In this document: positions 25,613-37,120 of the stretch, one piece after another
How positions within the stretch are numbered: position 1 is the stretch's first letter
Layout: every line of letters starts with the position of its first letter
Origin: Mobula hypostoma
Lineage: Eukaryota
Direction: 5' to 3'
Length of the DNA: 64,000 nucleotides
Assembly (NCBI RefSeq): GCF_963921235.1
Contig: NC_086097.1
Coordinates: 178,438,001-178,502,000, forward strand
The notes under the pieces: generated by a model
Database searches by the model: none
Told to the model about the DNA's origin: nothing
What the model saw: only the letters and a program-made list of their open reading frames with translations
Translations under genes and position numbers: made by a program

Positions 25613-27330
25613 AATAAATTTGTATTGCACAAAGAGAGAAAAAATGCAAAATAATGAGGTAGTGTTCATTCAGTAATGTCATGGCGGAGGGAGATGAAGC
25701 TGTCCCTGAAATGTTGAATGTGCGTCTTCAGGCTCCTGTACCTCCTCCTCCATGGTAGCAATCGGAAGGGGGCTTATCCTGGGTGATAGGGGCCCTTTGT
25801 GATGGATGTATCTCCTGTAGGCCTCCCTGATGGTCACAATGAGAAGAGGGCATATCTTGGGTGCTAGAGGCCCTTTGTAATGGATGCCACCTTTTTGAAG
25901 GTGTCCTTGGGGAGGCTGGTGTCTATGATGGAGCTGCAGTGTTTTCTGATCCTGTGCAGTGGCCCCTCCATATCAGATGGTGATGAAACCAGTTCGACAA
26001 CTCTCAATGGTACATCTGTAGAAATTTGTGAATGTCATTGGTGACAAATCAAATCTCCTCAAACTCCTAATGAAATGTAGCAACTGTCGTGCTTTCTTTG
26101 TAATTGCATCAATATGTTGGGGCCAGGATAGATCCACAGAGATATTAACACCCAGGAACTTGAAACTGCTCACTCCCTCCATTTTTGATCCCTCTGTGAG
26201 GATTGGTACGTGTTCCTTCATCTTACCATTTCTGAAGTCCACAATCAGCTCTTTTGTCTTACTGATGTTGAGTGCCAGGTTGTTGCTGTGACAGCAAACA
26301 ACCAGCTGATCTATCTCACTCCTGTACGCCTCTTCATCACCATCTGAAATCCTGCCAACAATAGTTGTGTTGTTGGCAATTTTATAGATGGTGTTTGAGT
26401 TGTGCTTAGCCACACAGTTATGATTGTACAGAGAGCAGAGCAGTAGGCTAAGCACACATCCTTGAGGTGTAGCTGGGTAGATTGTCAGCGAGGAGGAGAT
26501 GTTGCTTCCGATCCACACAGGCTGTGATCCCCCGTTGTGAATGTCAAGGATTCAGTTACAGAGAGAGGCACAGTGGCCTAGGATTTGGAGGTTGTTGAAT
26601 GGAACTGAAGGTATGATTGTGTTGAATGCTTAGGTGTAATCAATAAACAGCAGCCTGACATAGGTATTAATATTGTCCAGGTGATCCAAGATCAAGAGGA
26701 ACGCCAGTAAGATTGCATCTGCTATAGACCTATTGTGGTGATAGACGAATTGTAGTGAGTACAGGTCCTTGCTTAGACAGGAGTTGATTCGAGCCATGAC
26801 GAAACTCACAAAGCCATTCATCACAGCAGACATGAGTGCCACTGAGTGATTGTGGTTAAGGCTGCTCATCCTACTCTTCTTGGGCACTGGTGTGATTGTC
26901 GCCCTTTTAAAGTTGCTGGGAACCTCTGACTGCAGCAGTGAGAGATTGAAGATGTCCTTGAGCACTCCCGCCAGTTGGTTGGCACATATTTTCAATTCCC
27001 TACCAGGTACACCATCAGGGCTTGATGTCTTGCGGGGGTTCACCCTCTTGAAGGATGTTCTGACGTGGGCCTCCGAGGCAGAGGTCACAGGGTCACCAGA
27101 TGTTGTGGGATTCACACACGTACGGTTTTATTCTCCCTTTCAAAGCATGCAGAAAAGGCATTGAGCTCATTTGAGAGTGAAACATCACAGCCATTCGTGA
27201 TGTTAGGTTTTGTTCTGTAGGAAGTAATGGCCTCCAAACCCCGCCAGAGATGATGTGCATCTGATTCCGTCTCTGACTTCAATTGGAATTGTTTTATCAT
27301 TCTTAAAATAGCTTTCCATAGGTCAACATG
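25613..27330 (-). mobile_element. Rex1/Babar LINE, long RT fragment
   Basis: ORFs 26630-27115 (RVNPRKTSSPDGVPGR...PVPKK) and 25973-26518 (TPQGCVLS...NLALNISKTKELIVDFR). Confidence 0.9.
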
Positions 27331-28079
27331 TCAAATTTGCCCAGCCTCCAAGGAAGCATAAATGCTGGTGTGCTTGCTTGCTCATTGTAACCATGTGTCT
27401 GCACCAGAGAAAACTGTTGGTGATATTTACACATAGGAACTTGAATCTCTCAACCATCTCCACTTCAGCACCATTGATGCAAACAGGAATGTGTACTCTA
27501 CCCTGCTTCCTGAAGTCAATGCTGCAGAGGTGTGGTGTTTCGTGATCTTATCACATGTTGGATTTTCTAACAAAACCAAGTGAAGAATACATGAGAAATT
27601 CTGTATGGCATTTGGAACTCAGAATGAACCTTTCACCAAGACTACATAGGTTCCTGATGGGACTTCACACAATTCACCAACAGCTGGGCAAATGGTGCTG
27701 CATAGCAACGAGAGAGGGGAGTCGGCCATCCCTGTTAGGCAGAAGATGCAAAAAGCTTGAAAACATGTACCACCAGGCTCAAGAACCACAAGACATAGGA
27801 GCAGAATTAGGCCATTCAAACCATTGAATCTACTCCATTATGTGATCATGGCTGACTTATTTTCCCTTTCAACCACAAAAATCTGTTCTCATACCTTGTA
27901 ACAGACCTCTTGACTTTGAGTGAAAAATGGGCAATAATTACCAATTTCATATCGCATCAGTTTTGACCACTACTACTGCAGCCACTAATCTCTGTGTTAA
28001 AAACAGTTCTCCTGCACATCACCTTTAAATTTTCACCTCTCACCTTAAAGCTAGTTAGAGAAGAAGAATGCATGCGGAT

Positions 28080-28375
28080 TTCTTCCCCCTCAGGCTGGGT
28101 GAGACTAGAACTCAAGGTGTCATGTTTGGTGAATGGTGAAGCAGTTAAGAGGAACCCGAGGGGGAATTTCTTCACTCAGAGATCGGTGCGAGCACGGTAC
28201 GAGCTGCCAGCAGAAGTGATGGATTTAAGTTCAAGTATGACATTCAAGAGAAGCTTTGGTTGGTACGTGGATGGGAAGGGTATGGAGGGCTATGGTCGAA
28301 TGAGAAGACCAGGTTGCATGGACTAGATGGGCTGAAGGGCCTATTTTGTGCGGTGGTGCTCTATGACTCCATTAC
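28080..28375 (+). mobile_element. CR1 LINE 3' fragment
   Basis: RGNFFTQR...ELPAEV, followed by the gggctgaagggcct 3' UTR. Confidence 0.7.
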
Positions 28376-28519
28376 TCTATGCCCTCTGGTATTTAACATT
28401 TCTATCCTAAGAAAAAGACTCTGACCATCTCCTCTATCAGTACCTTCCATAGTTTGAAGGGAATATCAAACATGATGCACCCATTTATTTCTCCACATTC
28501 CAACCTACACCCTCAAGTC

Positions 28520-28695
28520 TTACCTCATCACCCCCACGCTAGGGACAACTAACAGCCACCAAGTAACCTACTGAGCCACACCTCTTTGGGATTTGGAAGG
28601 AAACCAGAGCACCCAGGGGAACCTTTGCAGTCACAGGTAGAAAGTGTAAGAGTCTGAGATCGGGATTGAACCCAGGCTGCTGGAGCAGTGAGGCA
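28520..28695 (-). mobile_element. V-domain SINE fragment
   Basis: ctctttgggatttggaaggaaaccagagcacccagggga and gggattgaaccc (reverse-complement B box). Confidence 0.6.
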
Positions 28696-29779
28696 GTAGA
28701 GCTCGTTTTCACAAAAACAAAATGTTGATCTTAGTATCTAAGAGAAACTAGTAAACCGATTGTGTTTCCAAGCCTACAACGGCTATATCTGCAAAATTCT
28801 AAGGCACATTTTAGCCTCTCTGACATTGTGCAGGCATTGAGTGTTGGGATCATTATTGAATAATTACATTTCCAGGTGTATGCACTTACCTGCTCAATTA
28901 AAGGCCTATTACAACATTATGGTAGCAAAAGCACCACCAGCAAAGAGAGGATTATTCAGTGTGTGTTCCAGGCACCCATAGCACTTGCACCCACAACTTC
29001 CTTCACACTTTCCCAAATAATTGCCCTACCTGGGAAATAAGGCCAGGGACGGGAGTGGGGGAGTAATGACTTTTAACATGAGATGTGCTTTTCAGAGAGT
29101 GTTAATTCCATGACTGAATTACATTTTGGGTAAAACACATATTGCGCATTGATTTTTGAATTGAAAATAAGATCATAATGAGAGCTCTACTGCATCGATC
29201 CCTAGGGTCTATCATCTGTACCATGGTAACAATCTTAGTCTGTTTGTTGCTAAATAACAGTAGAATGTGCACAGACTTTCATTATAGAATAAATGTGACA
29301 CCAATTTGCTTTTCTAAATAAAGGCTATATTAGTGATCTGAAGACTTCCCACTGATATTAGACCAAAACTGTGTCATTTTAAATTGCTTTTGTTCAATAC
29401 TCTGTATAGAGGTTAGTGGATAATTATATCACTACTGTATCAATGCACCAAACGGATGTATATTGAGGTATTTATGCTTACATCAAGGTTTAATGTGACA
29501 GAAACTCAGTCTCGTAGCTTACATTTCCTGACAGAGAAGTATTGGTTCTTTGGGCCGTGCAGATCTGTCAGTGGAGAACAGAAATGCCTCTCCCATAGCT
29601 TTACAGAGATGAACTCCCCCCAGAATCCTTGGACTTGCTCTTCACCCCTTTCACCTCTCCCATTTAACTTTCATTATACTAGCAGTCATAATAGGCTGCA
29701 GCCTCCCAACCAGGAAGAGTTTCATTCCAATCCAAAGCATTCACATCAGTTCACACTCACTAATGAATCACATAGACTC

Positions 29780-29916
29780 ATGCACACACACGCGCACACA
29801 CACACACACACACACACATTGTGGAATACACACACTTTCACACTCACACACACACAAACATACACATACATACAGCTACAAACATGAGCACACATTGTGG
29901 TATACACATTAACCCT

Positions 29917-29972
<56 letters not shown>

Positions 29973-30019
29973 TACAGCTACAAACATGAGCACACATTGT
30001 GGTATACACATTAACCCTT

Positions 30020-30050
<31 letters not shown>

Positions 30051-30135
30051 TACACATACATACAGCTACAAACATGAGCACACATTGTGGTATACACATT
30101 AACCCTTATATACATACACACACACACACACACAG
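29780..30135. repeat. (CA)n microsatellite with three tandem copies of an about 55 bp unit
   Basis: acatacatacagctacaaacatgagcacacattgtggtatacacattaacccttata occurs three times, separated by (CA)n of variable length. Confidence 0.95.
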
Positions 30136-30324
30136 ACAGTTTTCCTCTTCCTCCTGCCAGTCATTTCTTAAAACCAGCTGGTCTGAAGGCAATCCTATTG
30201 AAAGTCCATGAAGTAGTTTGAGATGGGTTATAATGGTAAAGGTGCACAATATCTGAAATTTGATGTAAGTTTCAATTTTCAGATAAGAATAATGTGACTG
30301 TATTAGGTGTCATCCATTAATTCA

Positions 30325-31405
30325 GATCAACCCTTGTGTAATTGGATCCTGGATTTCCTCACGTAAACGCCAGTCAGTTCGGATTAGCAATGACATCTCC
30401 TCCTCACATGAGCAGGGATGTGCGCTTAGCCCCCTGCTCTACCCACTGCTGCGTGGCTAAGTCCAGCTCCAACACCATCTACAAGTTTGCTGATGACACC
30501 ACTGTTGTGGGCTGTATCAAAGGGGGTATTGAATCAGCATACAGGAGGGAGATGGAAAATTTGTCTAAGTGGTGTAATAACAACAGCCTCTCACTCAATG
30601 TCAATAAGACCAAGGAACTGATTGTAGACTTCAGGAGAGGGAAACCAGAGGTCCATGAGTCAGTAATCATAAAAAGATCAGGGGTGGAGAGGGTCAGTAA
30701 CTTTAAATTCCTGGGTGTGTGTCACTATCTCAAAAACCCGATTCTGGACCCATCATATAAATATAATTGTGAAGAAAGCATGACAGCACCTCTACTTCCT
30801 CAGGATTCTGCAGAGATCTGTCATGTCATCAAAACCTATAAGTGTGTGGCGGAAAGTGTGCTGACTGTCTGCTTCACAGCCTGGTATGGGAACACCAATG
30901 CCTTTGAGTGGAAAATCCTACAGAAGGTAGTGGATTCAGCCTAGTACATCGGGGCAAAACCCTCCCAACCACTGAGCACATCTACATGAAACATTGCTGT
31001 AGAAAAGCAGCATCCATCATCAAAGATCCTCACCACCCAGGCCATGCTCGTTTCTCTCTGCTGCCATCAGGTAGAAGGCACAGGTGCCTCAGGACTCACA
31101 CCACCAGGTTCAAGAACAGTTCCTACCTCTCACACATCAGGCTGTTGAACAAAAGGAGATAACTACACTCATTTAAGGAATCTTTTATATTTTTATTTCA
31201 TGCTTGTTATTTATTGCTATTTATTTATTATCTGCATTTTCAGTTTGTTTACAATTTACAGCTCCTGATGCTTACAGTTTGCAGATCCTGATTACAGTTC
31301 TTCTTCTATAGATTTGCTAAGTATGCACACAGAAAAAGAATCTCACAGTTGCATGTGGTGACAAGTATGTACTCTGATAATAAATTTTACTTTGAACTTT
31401 GAACT
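30325..31405 (+). mobile_element. Rex1/Babar LINE 3' part (RT to tail)
   Basis: YKFADDTTVVG...NSLSLNVNKTKELIVDFRR; KAASIIKDPHHPGH; tail tttactttgaactttgaac. Confidence 0.9.
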
Positions 31406-31573
31406 TCTTGAACTTCGAGATCTGATTAATAAAATAATTTATAATTCTCTGAAACCTTATATGAGCGGATTTGATCCCAAAATTCTTTGGATGTGAAGAA
31501 CATGTGAAGTTTAGACATTGTTGTAATCAGTAGGGAATGGAGGGATATAGATTAGGTACAGGCTAAAGAGATT

Positions 31574-31712
31574 TAGTCATGATAAAGGGTCTCAGTCTGA
31601 AACATTGACTGTTTATTCCCCTCCATAGATCTGCCTGCCTGACTGAGTTCCTCCAGCATTTTGAATGTGTTGCTCAAGATTTCCAGCATCTGCAGAATCT
31701 TGTGATTAGAGC
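31574..31712 (+). mobile_element. PLE terminal-repeat copy with decayed hammerhead
   Basis: tagtc-atgataa-agggtctcagtct-gaaac-att-gactg, followed by the same tail as 35287-35385. Confidence 0.75.
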
Positions 31713-32139
31713 TTTTCTTTACTTTGGGACGAATGGCTTGTTCCTGTTCTAAAGAGGCAGAGGGATGTTTCAGGTCCATGAATTAAAGCTGCTAGTCGGG
31801 TTACCTGACTCATTGTAGGTGATGGAGAAGGACCGTGAATCCAACATTACAGTGAAACTCTGGTGCATTAAGAAGCCAGTCGGACTGCAGTGCCTACAAA
31901 AAGTATTTGCGCCCCCTTAGAAGTTTTCATGTTTTATTGTTTACAACATTAAATCACAGTGGGTTTAATTTGGCTTTTTTTGAGACTGATCAACAGAAAA
32001 TGACTCATTCTTGTCAAAGTGAAAACAGATCTCTACAAAGTGACCTAAATTAGTTACAAATATAAAACACAAAATAATTGATTGCATATGTATTCACCTC
32101 GTTTAATATGGCAGACCAAATCGTCACTGGTGCAGTCAA

Positions 32140-32292
32140 AATAACACACACAAAATGCTGGAGGAACTCAGCAGGCCAGGTAGCATCTATGGAAAAGAGA
32201 ACAGTCGACGTTTTGGCCTGAGGCCATAGGCCTCCAGCATTTTGTGTGTGTTACTTAGATTTCCAGCATTTGCAGATATTCTCTTGTTTGTG
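32140..32292. mobile_element. Short PLE-derived insertion (inverted plus direct terminal pieces) with a 14 bp TSD
   Basis: TSD actggtgcagtcaa at 32126-32139 and 32293-32306. Internal inverted repeat cacacaaaatgctggagg / cctccagcattttgtgtg. Confidence 0.85.
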
Positions 32293-32429
32293 ACTGGTGC
32301 AGTCAATGGTTTTTAGAAGTCACATAATTAGTTAAAAGGAGATCACTATGTGCAGTCAAGATGTTTCAATTGATTGTAGTAAAAATATACCTGTATCTGG
32401 AAGGTCCAACTGCTGGTGAGTCAGCATCC

Positions 32430-33446
32430 TGGCAAAAGAACACATTAAGTAACTCTGTGAAAAGGTTATTGAAAAGCACAAGTCAGGAGATGGATACAAG
32501 AAAATTTCCAAGTCACTGAATATCTCTTAGAGTACAATTAAGTCAATCATCGAGAAATGGAAAGAATGTGACACAGCTGTAAATCTGCCCAGAGTAGGCC
32601 ATTCTCAAAAACGGAGTGACTGTGCAACAATGGGATTAGTGAGAGAGGTCAGCAAGAGACTATGACAGCTCTGGAGGGGTTACAAGCTTCAGTGGCTGAG
32701 ATGGGGGAGACTGTGCATACAACAACTGTTGCCCAGGTGTTTCACCAGTCACAGCTTTATGGGAGAGTGGCAAAGAGAAAGGTACTGTTGAAATAAAAAC
32801 ACAGATGAAATCTCAGTTAGAGTTTGCCAGAAGGCATGTGGGGGACTCTGAAGTCAGCTGGAAGAAGTTTCTATGGTCTGATGAAACCAAAATTAAGCTT
32901 TTTGGCCATCAGACTAAACGCTATGTTTGGCATAAGCCAAACACTGCACATCAGCAAAAACACATCATCCCTACCAGGAAGCATGGTGTTGGCTACATTA
33001 CACTGTGGGGATGTTTCACTGCAGCAGGTCCCGGTAGGCTTGTGAAGGTAGAGGGTAAAATGAATGTAGCAAAATACAGGGAAATCCTGGTAGAAAACCT
33101 GATGCAGTCTGCACAAGAACTGTGACTTGGCAGAAGATTTGTTTTCCACCAAGACAATGACCCCAAGCATAAAGCCAAAGCTACACAGGAATGGCTTAAA
33201 AACAACAAAGTTAATGTCCTGGAGTAGCCAAACCAGAGTCCAGACATCAATCTAATTGAGAATTTGTGGTTAGACTTGAAAAGGGCTGTTCACTCACGAT
33301 CCCCATGCAATCTGACAGAGTCTGAGCAGTTTTTTAAACAAGAATGGGGAAAAATTGGAGTGTACAGATGAGCAAAGCTGATAGAGACCTATCCACACAG
33401 ACTCAAGGCTGTAATTGCTGCCAAAGGTGCATCTACTAAATACTGA
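32430..33446 (+). pseudogene. Tc1 transposase pseudogene
   Basis: [24 protein letters not shown], then 34 codons to the E of SPDINLIENLW. Ends GASTKY*. In-frame stops and frameshifts. Confidence 0.9.
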
Positions 33447-33750
33447 TTTGAAGGGGGTTAATGCTTATGCAATCAAATATTTTGTGTTTTATATTTATAA
33501 TTTAGATCACTTTGTAGAGATCTGTTTTCACTTTGACACAAAAGAGTCTTTTTCTGTTGATCATCATCAAAAAATGTGAAATTAAATCCAGAATGATTCA
33601 ATGTTGTAAACCAATAAACATGAAAACTTTCAGGGGGTTGAATGCTTTTCATAGGCACTGTATGGTCAAGGAACAGGGTCCAGTCTAGCAACAATCTGGA
33701 GCCCCCTTTCTCACTCTCTCTGTTTCCATCTCTGCAGAGAGTTTCTCTAC

Positions 33751-34066
33751 CCTTCTTCTTTTAGGCATCCGTTAGTCTCATGAGACCATGGATTTGCGCC
33801 TTGGAAGGTTTCCAGGGCACAGGCCTGGGCAAGGTTGTATGGAAGACGAGCAGTTGCCCATGCTGCAAGTCTCCCCTCTCCACGACACCAATGTTGTCCA
33901 AGGGAAGGGCATTAGGACCCATACAGCTTGGCACCAGTGTCATTGCAGAGCAATGTGTGGTTTAGTGCCTTGCTCAAGGACACACACGCTGCCTCAGCCA
34001 AGGCTTGAACTAGCGACCTTCAAATCACTAGACGAATGCCTTAACCACTTGGCCACGTGCCAACAC
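33751..34066 (-). mobile_element. tRNA-CORE SINE with RTE-like 3' part
   Basis: On the reverse complement: A box tggccaagtgg, B box gttcaagcc, CORE-like gtgtccttgagcaaggcactaaacc, RTE-like body, terminal hairpin gtctcatgagac and (aag)n tail. Confidence 0.75.
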
Positions 34067-35385
34067 TTATCTACCCATATCTGTTATAAACCCTCTGATT
34101 CTCACAGCTACCTGGACTTACCTCTTCCCACCTTGTCACTTGTAAAAATGCCATCCCCTTCTCTGAATTCCTCCATCTCCACTGCATCTGCTCTCAGGAT
34201 GAGGCTTTTCATTATAGAATTAATAATAATATCCTCCTTCTTCAAAGAAAGGGGCTTTCCTTCCTCCACCATCAACCCTGCCCTCACCCACATCTCTTCC
34301 ATTTTGCACATGTCTACCCTCACCCCATCTAACTGCCAGGGATAGGGTTCCTCTTGTCCTCAGCTACCACCCCACCAGCTTCCACATCCAGCACATAATT
34401 CTCTGTAACTTCTGCCATCTCCATTAGGATCCCACCACCAAGCACCTCTTTTGCTCCCCCCACCCCAACTTTGCACTTTCCACAGGGATTGCTCGCTATG
34501 CCATTCCCCTCCACTTGTACCTCCCTGCTGATCTCCTTCATGGTACTTATCTTTGAAAACAGAACGAGTGCCAAACATCCCCCTACACCTTCTCCCTCAA
34601 TACCATTCAGGGTCCCAAGTAGCCTCTCCAGGTGAGGTAACACTTCACCTGTAAGTCCGCTGGGGTCATCTACTGTATCTGGTGCTCCTGGTGTGGTTTC
34701 CTGTATATTGGTGAGACTTGACATGGATTTGGAGACTGCTTCACTGAACACCTATACTCTGTCTGACAGGAAAAGCAGAACCTCCTGGTGGCCACCCATT
34801 TCAATTCTACTTCCCATTTCCATTCTGACATGTCAGTCCATGGCCTCCTCTACTGCTGCGATGAGGCCACACTCAGGTTGTAGGAGCAATACCTTATATT
34901 CTGCTTTGATAGCCTCCAACCAGATGGCATGAACATGGATTTCTCCTATTTTTGATAACAGCACTCCCCTCTCCTTCACCATTCCCCATGTCCATTTCCC
35001 TCTCTCACCTTATCTCCTTACCTACCCATCACCTCCCTCTGGTGTTCCACCCCTCCCTTTCTTCTGTGGCCTTCCTCCTCTCCTATCAGACTCCCCCTTC
35101 TCCAGCCCTTTATCTCTTTCACCAGTCAACTTCCCAGCACTTTACTTCACCCGCTCCCCCTCTACCAGTTTCACCTCTCACCTATTACCTTGTACTTCTT
35201 CCTCCCCTCCCCCATCTTCTTTCTCTGACTTCTCATCTCTTTTTTTTCTATCTCTGATGAAGGGCCTCGGCCCGAAACGTCGACTGTTTACTCATTTCCA
35301 TAGATGCTGCCTGGCCTGCTGAGTTCCTCCAGCACTTTGTGCATGTTGCCTTGATTTCCAGCATCTGCAGATTGTCTCCTATTTG
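34067..35385 (+). mobile_element. Penelope-like element, 5'-truncated (RT thumb, GIY-YIG endonuclease, terminal repeat)
   Basis: STHICYKPSDSHSYLD; HFTCKSAGVIYCIWCSWCGFLYIGET* (VIY...YIG); pyrimidine-rich 3' region followed by a hammerhead motif. Confidence 0.88.
35249..35286 (+). ncRNA. Minimal type I hammerhead ribozyme motif (core intact, 5' strand of stem I mutated)
   Basis: CTGATGA (35254-60), A, stem II GGGC-ctcg-GCCC, GAAA (35274-77), C, cleavage triplet GTC, then GACTG. Confidence 0.8.
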
Positions 35386-35639
35386 TGGAACCTGCTCTGA
35401 AGTGATGTCTGAAGACTGATGTCACATTGTCCACTCTCCCTAACATTTTGTGTAGCTGTATCTCACCATGGCTACAATGTTCAACAGTCAATGGAGTATC
35501 TCAATGCAAACCTGTCCTTCAATAGATTGCTAAAGGTGCTTTTTTAAAAAATCTTGTCATTTTCAGTATCTGGGTGCTGCTGACAAGGCTGGAATTTATT
35601 GCCTTCACCTAGCAGCTCTTCAGAAGGTGGGGTTAAGTT

Positions 35640-36130
35640 ATGTTCTGGAACCCACTGCCGTCCAAGTTCACAAGAAACTGCAGAGATTTGTGGACACTGG
35701 CCAGTCCATCACAGAAACCAGCCTCCCTTCCACTGACTCCGTTTACACTTCCCACCGCTTCAGTAAAGCAGCATAATCAAAGTCCCCATCCATCCCAGAT
35801 ACTCTCTCTTCTCCTCTCTTCCATCAGACAGAAGATACAAATACCACCATCCTCAAGAACAGCTTTTACCTTACTGTTTTAAGACTATTGAACGGTACCG
35901 TAGATGGACTCTTGATCATATCATCTCGTCTTGAAGTTGTACCTTATTGTCTGCCTGCACTGCACTTCCTCTGTAACTGTAAAATTTATTCTGTGATCTA
36001 TTGGTGCTTTTCCCTTGTACTCCCTCAAAGAACTAATGTGGTGAAAAGATCTGTATGGATGGCATGCAAAACAAAGTCTTTCACTGAACCTTGCTACCTG
36101 TGACAATAATAAATCAAATTACCAATTCAT
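35640..36130 (+). mobile_element. Rex1/Babar 3' fragment
   Basis: aagaaactgcagaga... C-terminal remnant; tail ctgtgacaataataaatcaaattaccaatt. Confidence 0.7.
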
Positions 36131-36199
36131 CAGTTTTCAATTACCCTTCTACACAGGAACAGTAAGTAAATGGGAAAACACAAACAGTACTGCAAGAGG

Positions 36200-36330
36200 G
36201 AGACACAAGGAAGACTGTAGATGCTAGAGACATGATGAAGAGTCTCAGTCCAAAATGTCAACTGTTCAATTCCCTCCATAGATGCTGCCTGACCTGTTGA
36301 TTTCCTCCAGTGTTTTGTGTGTGTTGCACC
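36200..36330 (+). mobile_element. PLE terminal-repeat copy with decayed hammerhead and short inverted 5' piece
   Basis: catgatgaagagtctcagtccaaaatgtcaactg...gatgctgcctgacctg. Confidence 0.65.
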
Positions 36331-37000
36331 AGTACTGTAGAGGAGCAGGATAAAGATGCATTGTGCCCGTTATCAAGGGCCCTGGTGTGACGATAGTGGG
36401 AAAGCTGTGCAGATATCTTGTCCCCCCTCCCTAATGAAAACTGTACTCACAATGGAGGGAGTGGAACATAGTTCCCCAGCCTGATTCCTCATCTGTAGTT
36501 TGTGTTTGAGGAGGCAGTAAGCAGACAAGGCCTGTATTCTCTTAAGTTTGGATGAATGAAGAGTAGCTTTATCAAAATGTACCAAGTTCTTCAGGAGCTT
36601 GACAGGGTAGATGCAGGAATGATATTTCCCTGGCTTACATGTCTACCAACAAAATAAAAGGTCAGCCATTCAGGACAGAGGTAAGAAGATTTTTTTTTAA
36701 TCTGGAGGGTACCAGAAAAGCAGCTGCATTGCTGTAGATGGTGTTGATATTTTCTTGAGAGCTGCTGGAACTTTACTCATCCAGGCAGGCAAAGAGCCAT
36801 GCAGCACCGAAACAGGCTCCTCTACTCAACTGGTCTATTCGCCCTGGTTTGACCCATAACTTACCAAAACTTTCCAATCCATGTACCTGTCCAGCTTCCT
36901 TCTAAAAGTTTGTATTGCACTTGCATTAATGCCTTACTCTAGCAGTTCATTCAATATACAGTACATAGCCCCTCAGTGTTAAAATATTGCCCTTTAAATT

Positions 37001-37120
37001 CAGAATCAGAATCAGAGTCAGGTTTAATATTACAGGCATATGTCATGAAATTTGTTGTTATGCGACAGCAGTACAATGCAATGCATGATAAAAACTGTGA
37101 ATTACACTAAGTATATATAT
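37001..37120 (-). mobile_element. Rex1/Babar tail, split; continues at 42097
   Basis: (cagaat)n tail plus ggtttaatattacaggcatatgtcatgaaatttgttg, ending in a TA tract. Confidence 0.75.

Larger units (their letters stand above)
31888..33660 (+). mobile_element. Tc1-like DNA transposon (DD34E, long IR/DR-type TIRs of about 210 bp), inactivated
   Basis: TIRs cagtgccta... and ...taggcactg. TA on the right, TG on the left. The long TIRs carry inner and outer direct repeats. Confidence 0.92.

Noticed and set aside
25298..25682. His/Thr/Tyr/Ile- and Cys/Val-rich ORFs in six frames
   Set aside because: Translations of the TG/TA microsatellite.
25730..25890. Tandem duplication of about 77 bp in Rex1, and a 13 bp tandem at 3368-3398
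   Set aside because: Local slippage duplications in decayed sequence with no sign of function.
29860..30115. Repeat-spacer pattern resembling a CRISPR array
   Set aside because: The spacers are pure (CA)n, the context is eukaryotic, and there are no cas genes.
33985..34066. tRNA gene on the minus strand
   Set aside because: It has A/B boxes but continues into CORE and LINE-derived sequence; it is a SINE head.
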